The position numbers were made by a program, and so were the translations under genes. The notes under the pieces were generated by a model that was given only the letters and a program-made list of their open reading frames with translations, was not told where the DNA came from and did not search any database. Shown piece after piece: positions 56,387 to 64,000 of a DNA stretch of 64,000 bases (position 1 is its first letter; each line of letters begins with the position of its first letter). The stretch is taken from the sequence record MK514281.1; one strand, 5' to 3'.

Positions 56387-57538
56387 ATGCGTCAGTATTT
56401 GGATGGGATTCGTTACATCTTTGAGAACGGGTCACAACGAGGGGATCGCACCGGGGTAGGTACGTTGTCGGTGTTCTCGATGAAGCAGACTTACGATCTG
56501 CGTCTGGGATTCCCACTGGTCACCAGTAAGAAAGTGCGTATCGATTTTATTATCGAAGAGCTCATCTCCTTCCTATCGGGTGACCCTGATATGCCGGGCG
56601 TGGGTATCTGGGATGATTGGCGTGTCAAAGACGAAGTCTCTCGTGAAGTCCCGTTAGAGAACCACGAGCGTTTAAAACTCTGGGTTGAGAAGTCGGACCT
56701 GAAGTATAACGTTGCTTACCTTCAACTCAATGCGATGGGTTCTGTCGAAGCGGGTCATCGTTTCCTGGATGAGCAAGGGATTCCACGTAACAGAAAAGAA
56801 GTACTGGTAGCAGAAGGTGCACTCAATGCACCCTATGGGCCAGCCTGGCGTGCGTGGAAAGGTCGTCTGGGCGAAGTGCATGATCAGATCGGTTATCTGC
56901 TCAAGCTGCTTAAAAACAATCCTACGAGCCGTCGTATGTTGTTGTCTGCCTGGGACCCGGCAAACATGCCGGATGAATCTATCAGTCCGCAGGATAACAT
57001 CATTGATGGCAAGCCATGTCTGACTCCGTGTCATTGGGCGTTTGAGCTGTACACTGACGAAATCCTGGCAGAGGAACGCCTTGATTGGGTCGAAGCTAAT
57101 GCACCTAGCCTCTGGGAAGACTACAATGATCGTTCAGGGCGCGGTCAGTGGTTAGGCGACACAGACAGTAAGCGCCTTCATGAATTCCTGGACGAAGCCG
57201 GCGTACCGAAGTATTACCTGGATCTGAAGTATCACCAACGTTCCTGTGACTATATGGTTGGCGTGCCGTATAACATCGCCAGCTATGCGGTGTTGCAGCA
57301 CATGTTTGCGGCCACCTGTAACATGATCCCGCGGATGATGGAAGCGGATATGACTAACATCCATATCTACAACTTCCACAAAACCAATGCGGTCATGCAG
57401 GCCAGTCGCAGCCCACGCGCACTACCCACTCTAAAGGTACTCGCCGCTCACGATAAGTTGGAAGACTATACGTTGGAAGACTTTGAACTCGAAGGTTATG
57501 ATCCGCATCCTTTTATTAAATATAAAAGAGCGGTCTGA
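56387..57538 (+). CDS. thyA: Thymidylate synthase
   Basis: GDRTGVGT, FPLVTSKKV, IWDDW, SRRMLLSAW, catalytic PCH, QRSCD and PYNIASY. Confidence 0.95.
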   Translation: MRQYLDGIRYIFENGSQRGDRTGVGTLSVFSMKQTYDLRLGFPLVTSKKVRIDFIIEELISFLSGDPDMPGVGIWDDWRVKDEVSREVPLENHERLKLWVEKSDLKYNVAYLQLNAMGSVEAGHRFLDEQGIPRNRKEVLVAEGALNAPYGPAWRAWKGRLGEVHDQIGYLLKLLKNNPTSRRMLLSAWDPANMPDESISPQDNIIDGKPCLTPCHWAFELYTDEILAEERLDWVEANAPSLWEDYNDRSGRGQWLGDTDSKRLHEFLDEAGVPKYYLDLKYHQRSCDYMVGVPYNIASYAVLQHMFAATCNMIPRMMEADMTNIHIYNFHKTNAVMQASRSPRALPTLKVLAAHDKLEDYTLEDFELEGYDPHPFIKYKRAV

Positions 57539-57570
57539 TCCACTGGTGCGTTGAAGGGAGCACAACGGTA

Positions 57571-57936
57571 ATGAAGAGAGAGTCCAGTTACACCCTGGTC
57601 TTTGGGGAAGGTAGTACTGAAGAAGATGTCAACACCCTGCGTGAGATGGTGTCACACATGCGGGGGTTGACTGGGTTGTCGCAGCTGGGGGCGTTTGAGG
57701 TGTTCGTTACCCATTATGAATTGCAACGTAAAGACGCAGGGCTAATCACCAGTGATCTTCCGGTGAATGCACAGTCGTTGTTTGATGTCAGTGATCGACA
57801 GAACTGGCTGACACCGCTGTTCACTTCCCGGGGGTTAGTGGCGTGTGACTTGTTGTTATTATTGAAGCAAGGCAAATGGGCCGGAGAACACCTCAAGGTG
57901 ACCTTTCGGGTAAAAGGCATCAGGGCGAAAGCATAA
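57571..57936 (+). CDS. Hypothetical protein
   Basis: 121 aa; GGGAG RBS. Confidence 0.6.
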   Translation: MKRESSYTLVFGEGSTEEDVNTLREMVSHMRGLTGLSQLGAFEVFVTHYELQRKDAGLITSDLPVNAQSLFDVSDRQNWLTPLFTSRGLVACDLLLLLKQGKWAGEHLKVTFRVKGIRAKA

Positions 57937-57942
57937 CGCATA

Positions 57943-57970
57943 CGGAGGGGTCATTCCCTCCGCTATGCCG
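57943..57970. terminator. Bidirectional hairpin between convergent genes
   Basis: GCATA-CGGAGGG-GTCATT-CCCTCCG-CTATGCCG. Confidence 0.75.
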
Positions 57971-57971
57971 G

Positions 57972-58673
57972 TCAATTAACGAGTTCTAATACGGGACGCC
58001 ATCCCCGGTTTCCTGTAGTACTCATTATGGATGAACCATAGGTGGTATAATCAGTGAAGCCTCGTCTTATAACTTGGGTGTCCGTAGGAACGGCAGCAAA
58101 CCCCATTGTTTCTTGGCACAAAGTACAACTGCCCAGATCGCTTGTGCTACTCACACCAAAGTAAGCGGTGGCGCTGGCAGTAGTCATTGTTGTCCATTCG
58201 CCATTTACTAAAGGATAGAACAGTTTGTTCCACTCCCCACCGGATGAAGTGGAGTTAGCGGGCAATGCCGATGAACCGGTGATTAACCTTACTCGGTATA
58301 CTTTCCCGCCAATAGTAACTTTTCTATTTTGAAGCACGGGCGTGCCCGGATTGGTATATCCATTGGTGTCGTCTCCGTACACGGCCCCGCAGTTATAAAT
58401 GGAACTCCAGGCTAGGGTACGACGAATAGCTTTCTGTGGAATAAACAGGGTTTTATTATTACTGGCAAACTTCAGCCAAGGTACGTCGCTGTTGTACGCA
58501 ACACCCTCAGTCAAACCAATCAAACTGGCTAAGGTAGTGTTATCAATAAATTCACTCTGCGTTAGGGTGCCGTAGTATCCTTTATCTCGCGTGCCGAATA
58601 ATAAGGCCTGACTACCCGGCCCTGTATCGCCAGAGACAACGCGATGAGCACCCCCTAAAAACAATTCCATCAT
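57972..58673 (-). CDS. Putative virion-associated protein with MMELFLGG N-terminus
   Basis: GPGSQALLFGTRDKGYYG...WLKFASNNKTLFIPQKAIR...GWRPVLELV, recalled as a jumbo-phage virion family; the only minus-strand gene in the accessory region. Confidence 0.6.
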   Translation of the reverse strand: MMELFLGGAHRVVSGDTGPGSQALLFGTRDKGYYGTLTQSEFIDNTTLASLIGLTEGVAYNSDVPWLKFASNNKTLFIPQKAIRRTLAWSSIYNCGAVYGDDTNGYTNPGTPVLQNRKVTIGGKVYRVRLITGSSALPANSTSSGGEWNKLFYPLVNGEWTTMTTASATAYFGVSSTSDLGSCTLCQETMGFAAVPTDTQVIRRGFTDYTTYGSSIMSTTGNRGWRPVLELVN

Positions 58674-58737
58674 AATTCTGCCCTTGTATGCACCGATCTA
58701 AGTTATACGATTAATATTCATCACAGATCTTTTCAGA

Positions 58738-58747
58738 CCTATATCAC
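58738..58747 (+). promoter_or_regulatory. Candidate early promoter motif CCTATATCAC
   Basis: Context TTTTCAGACCTATATCAC parallels AATCAGACCTACATTAC at 40035-40051. Confidence 0.4.
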
Positions 58748-58796
58748 GTCGGTGAATAACCTTTCACTAATTAACCAATCCGTAAGGAGCTTTACC

Positions 58797-60173
58797 ATGG
58801 CTGCATTAAAATCTAAAGTTGAACTGTTTCACTGGTATCAGGAACTGAAAACTGAATTTAAAACCGGCAAGATTACCGTGTTCGAATTTGAGCGGCAGGT
58901 GCTCAGCGAAATCCTTTCCCTGACCGATACTGGTAAAACACCATCTACTGCCAAAATCAGTCTGGTAGTGGACATCCTTAATTCTGTGGTTTTTGATCAT
59001 GTGTTTACCGCAGACGGTATCATTGACCTGGACAACATGCTCGCTCGTGAACACGTACGCAACATTTCGGAATTGACGGCAGCACGCAATAACTTTATTA
59101 CCATACAAGCCCAGGCCCGTCTGAACAAAGAAAAGGAACAGACTGCGAAACCAGCAGAGCAGAAGGCGTTTGCCAAGTTTCCAACGAAAGAAGAGCTCGA
59201 ATATTGGGTTAATGCCAGAAAGCTATTCCGTTATGGTAACCCCAATACGCTCGGCACTGAAGCATACCAGGAGGTTGTCAAATACTGGCATCTGGTCGAT
59301 AAATATCTGGGTACATTAAAACTGGAACTGGATCACACCGACCCTAACTACGTCGATAACATCCTGTTGATTGACTACTTTGTATCGTTGGTCGCCAAGC
59401 AAGAGGTTCCTGAGGAAGAACGCAGGCATCTGAAAGACACACTTAGCAGTCTATATGCGTGCCCCATTAAAACCCCACACATCGATGCATTTGTCGAACG
59501 TGACCAACACCCCCTTCCAGTTAAGCCAAAACAACCACCCATCGCGCAACAAGCCATCGACCGCGCTATTGCCTGGCGTGAAGAGGAAACCAAAACAAAC
59601 CATCAGCAAAAAGACATATTACGAGAATTCGCCGATCAATACTGTCCGGTAATGGTGGCCAAGCAACATGCCACTCAGCAGTTGTTTGATTTCGTTGCTC
59701 GTGCGGTGAAACGTGTCTTGACCGCCATTGCTCAGCCAAACAACCCGGAAGACGCCGAGATGCTGGCAAAAGGTCATGCCATCAACATTCTCAATGTTAA
59801 GCATGGTGTAATTGGTGTCAGTACCACGATTACCAGAAACGGTCTGGTCAAGTTACGCATCTTCGCTGAACGTGAACTATGTAACGAGGACTACGGTATT
59901 CCGACTCTGTCGTATAATCAAGTCCGTCAATCACCTCATGCAACGTTCAGCATACCAATGCCGGCACTGATAGATGGGTTCATTAACATGTGGGATATCC
60001 CTAATCAGGCCCCTCGCCATATGCATAATAGCGTAGGCGGTATGTTGGGTAATCCCTATCCGTTACAGCAGCTTGATGGTTTGATGTCAGCTATTGCAAG
60101 AGAAACAGCCGAGTACGGCGTTACGCCTACTTATGGCATGATCGAAGACAGCATGATTGTTGTGCTGCATTAA
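58797..60173 (+). CDS. Hypothetical protein; N-terminal helical domain shared with the next gene
   Basis: AAGGAG RBS before ATG 58797. Confidence 0.7.
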   Translation: MAALKSKVELFHWYQELKTEFKTGKITVFEFERQVLSEILSLTDTGKTPSTAKISLVVDILNSVVFDHVFTADGIIDLDNMLAREHVRNISELTAARNNFITIQAQARLNKEKEQTAKPAEQKAFAKFPTKEELEYWVNARKLFRYGNPNTLGTEAYQEVVKYWHLVDKYLGTLKLELDHTDPNYVDNILLIDYFVSLVAKQEVPEEERRHLKDTLSSLYACPIKTPHIDAFVERDQHPLPVKPKQPPIAQQAIDRAIAWREEETKTNHQQKDILREFADQYCPVMVAKQHATQQLFDFVARAVKRVLTAIAQPNNPEDAEMLAKGHAINILNVKHGVIGVSTTITRNGLVKLRIFAERELCNEDYGIPTLSYNQVRQSPHATFSIPMPALIDGFINMWDIPNQAPRHMHNSVGGMLGNPYPLQQLDGLMSAIARETAEYGVTPTYGMIEDSMIVVLH

Positions 60174-60180
60174 TTCACAC

Positions 60181-60210
60181 GGGGAGGTTTCCCTCCCCCT
60201 TTTATTTTTT
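60181..60210 (+). terminator. Intrinsic terminator
   Basis: GGGGAGG-TTTC-CCTCCCC followed by CTTTTATTTTTT. Confidence 0.75.
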
Positions 60211-60236
60211 AATTAACCTACTGTGAGAATTTAACC

Positions 60237-60938
60237 ATGAACAAAGAAACTTATACTACCTGGTACAATGGATTAAAAGAAAGATTGGCGACTGGGCACA
60301 TTAATCAAGAACACTACGAGACACTTATTGTTGACAATCTAAGTTCATTGATTACTCATTTCTTCAATAGTCGATACGACGATGGTCATATGTCTCTGGA
60401 GGAGCATTTTGCGTTAGTTAATCATTATTTCGAACTGGTTGCTGATGCAGAAATATCAGAACGCAGTGCCATGCTCATGGTACGTTCTGTAGCTAGCAGT
60501 ATTCAAAAGCTACCAGCGGCTAAAGCCTTCGCAGAGAAACATAACACTCCGGCGCCGTCAATTAAAGAAATTCTTGGTAGTCGACCTGGTTTACTGCGTA
60601 AGCATGCTGCCAGCACGACCGAGAAGATGATAGGGTGTCCGGTGATCACCCAGGCCAACGAACCTGAGAACGAAGTAACCATTGACTTACCCTGGAAATT
60701 GGCATTGCACGTTTACAAAGGGTTCCTGGTAAAGGCGCTGATGTCAAAGCACGGATATAAATACAGTGATGCGTATAACTACATTACTGATCATCAGAAC
60801 AAATACGACGAACTCTTGGCAGAAGTCCTCAACAACATTATTGCTAATGAGGAATCGCATCTGGTGTCGGTAGGTGGCGGCATCACTGCAGCGGGTACTG
60901 GTCTGGTGGTAAGCGGGATTATTAAGCCGGAGGAGTGA
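60237..60938 (+). CDS. Chimeric protein: helical N-domain plus degenerate RNAP beta-prime fragment (switch 2 to dock)
   Basis: ILGSRPGLLRKH-x12-VIT...LPWKLALHVYKGFLVKALMSKHGY...YDELLAEVL aligns with beta-prime [10 protein letters not shown]-x12-VIT...[18 protein letters not shown]; no NADFDGD. Confidence 0.6.
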   Translation: MNKETYTTWYNGLKERLATGHINQEHYETLIVDNLSSLITHFFNSRYDDGHMSLEEHFALVNHYFELVADAEISERSAMLMVRSVASSIQKLPAAKAFAEKHNTPAPSIKEILGSRPGLLRKHAASTTEKMIGCPVITQANEPENEVTIDLPWKLALHVYKGFLVKALMSKHGYKYSDAYNYITDHQNKYDELLAEVLNNIIANEESHLVSVGGGITAAGTGLVVSGIIKPEE

Positions 60939-61498
60939 TGAAAGGAGAGATAGAGACACGCTTCAGAAGACACTACGGCAACCACATTAAACGGGGTAGT
61001 GATATCGCAGTGCCTTTATACCACATTAGTCTACAGAATGACTTGGAGGGGCTATGGCGACCTAAAGCCCCTGACTCGCCATTTGATATTCCGAAGAAAC
61101 CCAACATCATTACTGAAATGCCGCTCCCGCGTATCTGTGTAGCACCATCTATCGAACAGTGCTTCTGGGCAATCTATCCCAATATCTCTAAGCTCTTTGA
61201 AGAGGAAGAATACGCAGCGGTTTGTTTTGCGGTTTATCAACCGATTCTGCATGCCGGTATTGCTGTCGTGGATACCAGTACGTTAACGCAATGCCGACTA
61301 GTGCACGATGCACATATTACCGGCGAGCATTGGTTACTTAGTGATACCACCATGTGTGTGATCGACTTTATTCAGGTTAATAACACCTCACACGGCGAGT
61401 TCGTAAAGTTCCATCCGTTTAATACCCCGGTTGGTAACGAATGGGAGCTCGCCCCTAAAAATGTTGTTTATTATTCACTTAAATTAACGGAGTTGTAA
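60938..61498 (+). CDS. Hypothetical protein (RICVAPSIEQC family)
   Basis: LYHIS...WRPKAP...EMPLPRICVAPSIEQCFWAI...TGEHWL. Confidence 0.65.
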   Translation: MKGEIETRFRRHYGNHIKRGSDIAVPLYHISLQNDLEGLWRPKAPDSPFDIPKKPNIITEMPLPRICVAPSIEQCFWAIYPNISKLFEEEEYAAVCFAVYQPILHAGIAVVDTSTLTQCRLVHDAHITGEHWLLSDTTMCVIDFIQVNNTSHGEFVKFHPFNTPVGNEWELAPKNVVYYSLKLTEL

Positions 61499-61502
61499 AT
61501 CC

Positions 61503-62147
61503 ATGGTAACTGCTAGAAAAGCTAATAAGACCTTAGGTGAGCACGCAGTGGCTCATGAGGCAGTAACACGCTTAGGTAGCAACAAGAAAGTCAAACCAGT
61601 TAAACCGCTTTGGACACTGGAGAACATCGAGGACAATCTGGTTGGTCAAGGCATCCTTGCCTACTTGAAACGCCACACGTCGTTATCGATCCGTGATATC
61701 AACACCGCGGCTAACCGCCTGACGAAGATTGCTGATTCAGATATAAAGGAAGGGAAAGCGCGTGATTACGTGGCACGAGTTATTGGGTACAACAATTACG
61801 ACGCTCTCAACGTCACCGTTCGTGCAGCGGTACCTGTGCGCAATCATGTACAACGTCGTAAAGCAAATCAGCCGGTCACAGAGTTGTTGATAGAAGACGA
61901 AGAACTGCCGCCGGTAACACGTACTGAAATCAACCCCTTGGTGATGTTAGCCCTACAGCGTGAGATCTCTAAACGCGGCTTTCGTCTACTGGGTAAGAAC
62001 TACCGGGCTTTCGTTAACAAGGATAACCCCGAGCACACCTTTACGTTGATGCAGGCGTATAACTACCTTGCCAAACAACTGGGTTATCCGGATTATCACT
62101 CTATGCCCCGTCAATACCCAATCATTAACTTGCGCTACGTCGATTAA
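61503..62147 (+). CDS. Protein with two tandem small helical (glyoxalase-superfamily-like) repeats
   Basis: ANRLTK...ARDYVARVIGYNNYDAL and GFRLLG...AYNYLAKQLGYPDYHSM. Confidence 0.55.
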   Translation: MVTARKANKTLGEHAVAHEAVTRLGSNKKVKPVKPLWTLENIEDNLVGQGILAYLKRHTSLSIRDINTAANRLTKIADSDIKEGKARDYVARVIGYNNYDALNVTVRAAVPVRNHVQRRKANQPVTELLIEDEELPPVTRTEINPLVMLALQREISKRGFRLLGKNYRAFVNKDNPEHTFTLMQAYNYLAKQLGYPDYHSMPRQYPIINLRYVD

Positions 62148-62169
62148 CCTATTGTAAGGAATAAAGAAC

Positions 62170-62919
62170 ATGACAACGACTTTCCCGAAAGAGATGAATG
62201 CTGCTTTCCATCCTGATAACGAACAAACCACCCAGCTGTGCAAAACGATCCAGCAGATCAGCGGGGTGGAGATCAAACGTGTACATGTGGTGATGGCGAT
62301 CCACCATTACAAACAAAACGATGCGGCACATCAGCCTGACCACATGCTGGCGGTCTTAGCAGAAGCAGCCCACATCATCCAGTCGTTTCCTGACCTGGAG
62401 AAATGGCGCACCCAGATCATGTTAGGGTGTCTGTTCCATGACACCCACTGTCACATCGATCGGGATATGCACCACCTGCTAGGCGCCGAACATGCCCAAG
62501 AGGCATTACTGGAGTATGCGTGTGGTTATGGGATGTCACGTGCGGATGTCTACCTGATCAGTCAGGCCGTACTGGAGCATCGGGCTTCCTGGAAGTACCC
62601 GCGTATTAACCCTGTATCCAACGCTGTGGCGTCTGCAGATCGTGGCTACCCTGATCTAAAGAAATACATCCGTCGTGCTGTACAGTACCGTTACAAGCGC
62701 ATGGCAGTCATCAACATGAACACCATCATCGATGAGTCGATCGAACACATGGTAGAGAAGTTCGGTGATGGCGGTTATGCCTGGGAAAGCTACCCGACGT
62801 ATGCAGCGGTGATGCACGGTGATGCGATTCAACAAGTGAAGCAACAACTGCGCAGTAAAGAAGGAAAGGCACAGCTCAAGGAGTACGCTGAACTCCACTT
62901 TGATGAGTGGGTAGAATAA
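62170..62919 (+). CDS. HD-domain metal-dependent phosphohydrolase
   Basis: HQPDH...LFHD...HHLLGAE...VLEHR...SAD metal-ligand pattern. Confidence 0.85.
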   Translation: MTTTFPKEMNAAFHPDNEQTTQLCKTIQQISGVEIKRVHVVMAIHHYKQNDAAHQPDHMLAVLAEAAHIIQSFPDLEKWRTQIMLGCLFHDTHCHIDRDMHHLLGAEHAQEALLEYACGYGMSRADVYLISQAVLEHRASWKYPRINPVSNAVASADRGYPDLKKYIRRAVQYRYKRMAVINMNTIIDESIEHMVEKFGDGGYAWESYPTYAAVMHGDAIQQVKQQLRSKEGKAQLKEYAELHFDEWVE

Positions 62920-62927
62920 GCTACGTG

Positions 62928-62958
62928 GCCGGAGGTAATCCTCCGGCTGTTATGCCTG
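62928..62958 (+). terminator. GC hairpin + TATGCC element
   Basis: GCCGGAGG-TAAT-CCTCCGGC-TGTTATGCCTG. Confidence 0.75.
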
Positions 62959-63079
62959 TTCTTTCTTCTTTGTAATTCTCAACACATTCGGTCTTTGTTA
63001 TACAAAGGCTATAATCTTTGTCCCGAGCTAAGGGTAACGTGAACAGTTATGCTGGCTTACTTTTTAAAGGTATCTTTTC

Positions 63080-63610
63080 ATGGATGGTTTATTTAATCTC
63101 TCCTCATGGCAATCGATTTTACTTGTGGTAGTTGTACTCCTGCTGTGGGCGTATTACCAACGACTTCAACACCTGCGTCGTAAGTATCATCGCCGTAATG
63201 AACGCATGATGGCGCAGAGCGTGGTCATGACATCCCGGCTGTTACTGAGTACCTTCTCGGAGATTGTGGAACGCGCTAAAGAGGAGGACATCTACCAGCG
63301 TGATCCTAACTCCCCGATTGCGGCAGACCGGGCCAGTGCGATGGCCTGCTCCTCCATCTTCAGTGGGTTGTATAACCTGGTTGTGGTGCCCGTCACCACC
63401 CTTGATCCGGTGTTCAACGATTTATTGATTACCGGTACTGAGCGGGAAGATGTTGAGGAAGGGGTCTTTGTGTCGTTTTATTTGGGTGAACAGCGTAATG
63501 ATGTGGTTAGGCATTTTATACCCGACCGGTCGTTACAGGCCTTTATCACCCAAACGCGTGCCTTCAGTGCTTACCTGCGACAGGCTGCGAATACAAAACC
63601 ACCACAATGA
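63080..63610 (+). CDS. Single-TM membrane protein
   Basis: N-terminal WQSILLVVVVLLLWAYY followed by a basic stretch; AAGGT RBS. Confidence 0.65.
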   Translation: MDGLFNLSSWQSILLVVVVLLLWAYYQRLQHLRRKYHRRNERMMAQSVVMTSRLLLSTFSEIVERAKEEDIYQRDPNSPIAADRASAMACSSIFSGLYNLVVVPVTTLDPVFNDLLITGTEREDVEEGVFVSFYLGEQRNDVVRHFIPDRSLQAFITQTRAFSAYLRQAANTKPPQ

Positions 63611-63618
63611 GGTGACAC

Positions 63619-64000
63619 ATGACCAATTATGGTTTTCTGCTGAACACAGTACTTCTGGCTTTTCTTATTTGGTTTGGTTACCGACTGCACACGTTGGTAA
63701 ACAACAGCGAGAAAGCCACCCTCGCCGCTGATCATAACGCCAAGCTGCGCTTCCTGACCTATGCAGCCCGGCAGATAATGAGTGACTTGTATACGTCGCT
63801 CAATCTTCCGACGCTCACCGGGTGTGCGAAGATGTATCTACGTGATGACAGCAAGCTTGATAATATTGAAGTCATTATGCGACTCTTCATGAAAACCCAT
63901 AATGAGATTATTACCAAGCTCTCCGAGGGATTGGTGTCGGATCATTTGAAGATCACCGATGTTAAAGTTACCCATGATCTGGTGACCAACGAAGTGCTCA
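63619..64000 (+). CDS. Single-TM membrane protein (truncated by window end)
   Basis: GAGG RBS, ATG 63619, MTNYGFLLNTVLLAFLIWFGYRLH..., frame open to the end of the window. Confidence 0.55.
   Translation, partial: MTNYGFLLNTVLLAFLIWFGYRLHTLVNNSEKATLAADHNAKLRFLTYAARQIMSDLYTSLNLPTLTGCAKMYLRDDSKLDNIEVIMRLFMKTHNEIITKLSEGLVSDHLKITDVKVTHDLVTNEVL

Noticed and set aside
56387-57538. dCMP/dUMP hydroxymethylase (modified-base system)
   Set aside because: The Asn that specifies dUMP is present and no glycosyl/amino-transferase neighbours were seen; ordinary ThyA is more parsimonious

Overview
This 64 kb window is part of a phiKZ-like jumbo myovirus genome (Chimalliviridae-type). Host is probably enterobacterial, which is an inference from gene style. 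Family calls come from motif recognition and recalled homologues; no database search was run. The left half (1-31.3 kb) is a conserved core block. It holds the N-terminal non-virion RNA polymerase beta subunit, a Gln-rich protein, the portal and several virion proteins. It also holds a RuvC-like resolvase, a holin candidate, overlapping Rz/Rz1 spanins, four paralogous tail-fibre-like proteins, the baseplate spike and an SbcC-like ATPase. The right half (31.3-64 kb) is an accessory, probably early region of mostly small genes. Recognisable products are a signal-peptide-bearing lytic transglycosylase, a GNAT, SspB, a LemA-like/membrane pair, a frameshifted Toprim gene, RtcB, HslV-like proteins, a DEDDh exonuclease, ThyA and an HD hydrolase. 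The most striking observations are: (1) a 233-aa protein (60237-60938) carrying a degenerate stand-alone RNA polymerase beta-prime fragment (switch 2 to dock, no catalytic motif); (2) a window-wide 'GC hairpin + TATGCC' element at 14 gene boundaries; (3) a phage SspB with an intact ClpX-binding tail, plus protease-fold paralogues; (4) a Toprim gene split by a +1 frameshift directly upstream of rtcB; (5) tRNA-like remnants at about 52.8 kb. No CRISPR array, intact tRNA, integrase or transposase was seen.
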